Origin: Azolla caroliniana
Lineage: Eukaryota; Plantae; Polypodiophyta
Assembly (NCBI GenBank): GCA_043228905.1
Contig: JBHGNT010000670.1
Coordinates: forward strand, 1 to 18,049
DNA: 18,049 nt
Reading direction: 5' to 3'
The notes under the pieces were generated by a model that was not told the origin of the DNA, did no database searches, and was given only the letters and a program-made list of their open reading frames with translations. Positions 18,049 through 18,049 of this stretch are shown here, one piece after another (within the stretch, counting starts at the first letter, position 1; each line of letters starts with the position of its first letter). A program made the position numbers and the translations under genes.

Positions 18049-18049
18049 T

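Larger units (their letters stand above)
15032..18049 (-). mobile_element. Copia family A, copy 2 (3' half; 5' part outside window)
   Basis: INT-RT-RH ORF, PPT at 15725-15734 and LTR at 15032-15722. Inserted into the gag of element F. Confidence 0.95.

Overview
This window is plant (probably non-flowering; organism not determinable from the sequence alone) retrotransposon DNA with no host gene. Almost all of it resolves into nested LTR retrotransposons. Left nest, all on the + strand: a chromodomain-bearing Ty3/Gypsy element (1-2629) sits inside a Ty1/Copia 'family A' copy (2630-3686), inside a 'family B'-related Copia (3687-4335), inside a diverged family-A-like Copia (4336-4842). Centre: a full-length but decayed family-B Copia (5240-11773; LTR-PBS-gag-PR-INT-RT-RH-PPT-LTR). 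Its 5' leader carries a 988-bp TG..CA insert with 12-bp terminal inverted repeats, a 4-bp TSD and a tRNA-like Pol III A/B-box module. Right nest: a minus-strand Copia 'D' with a long charged extension after RNase H and two PPTs (11830-13786), interrupted by a solo LTR (13042-13421) and by a + strand Copia 'F' (LTR-PBS-gag, 13787-15031). F is in turn interrupted by a minus-strand family-A copy whose INT-RT-RH ORF is intact within the window (15032-18049). Family letters are my own labels. All counts were made by eye and no database searches were run.
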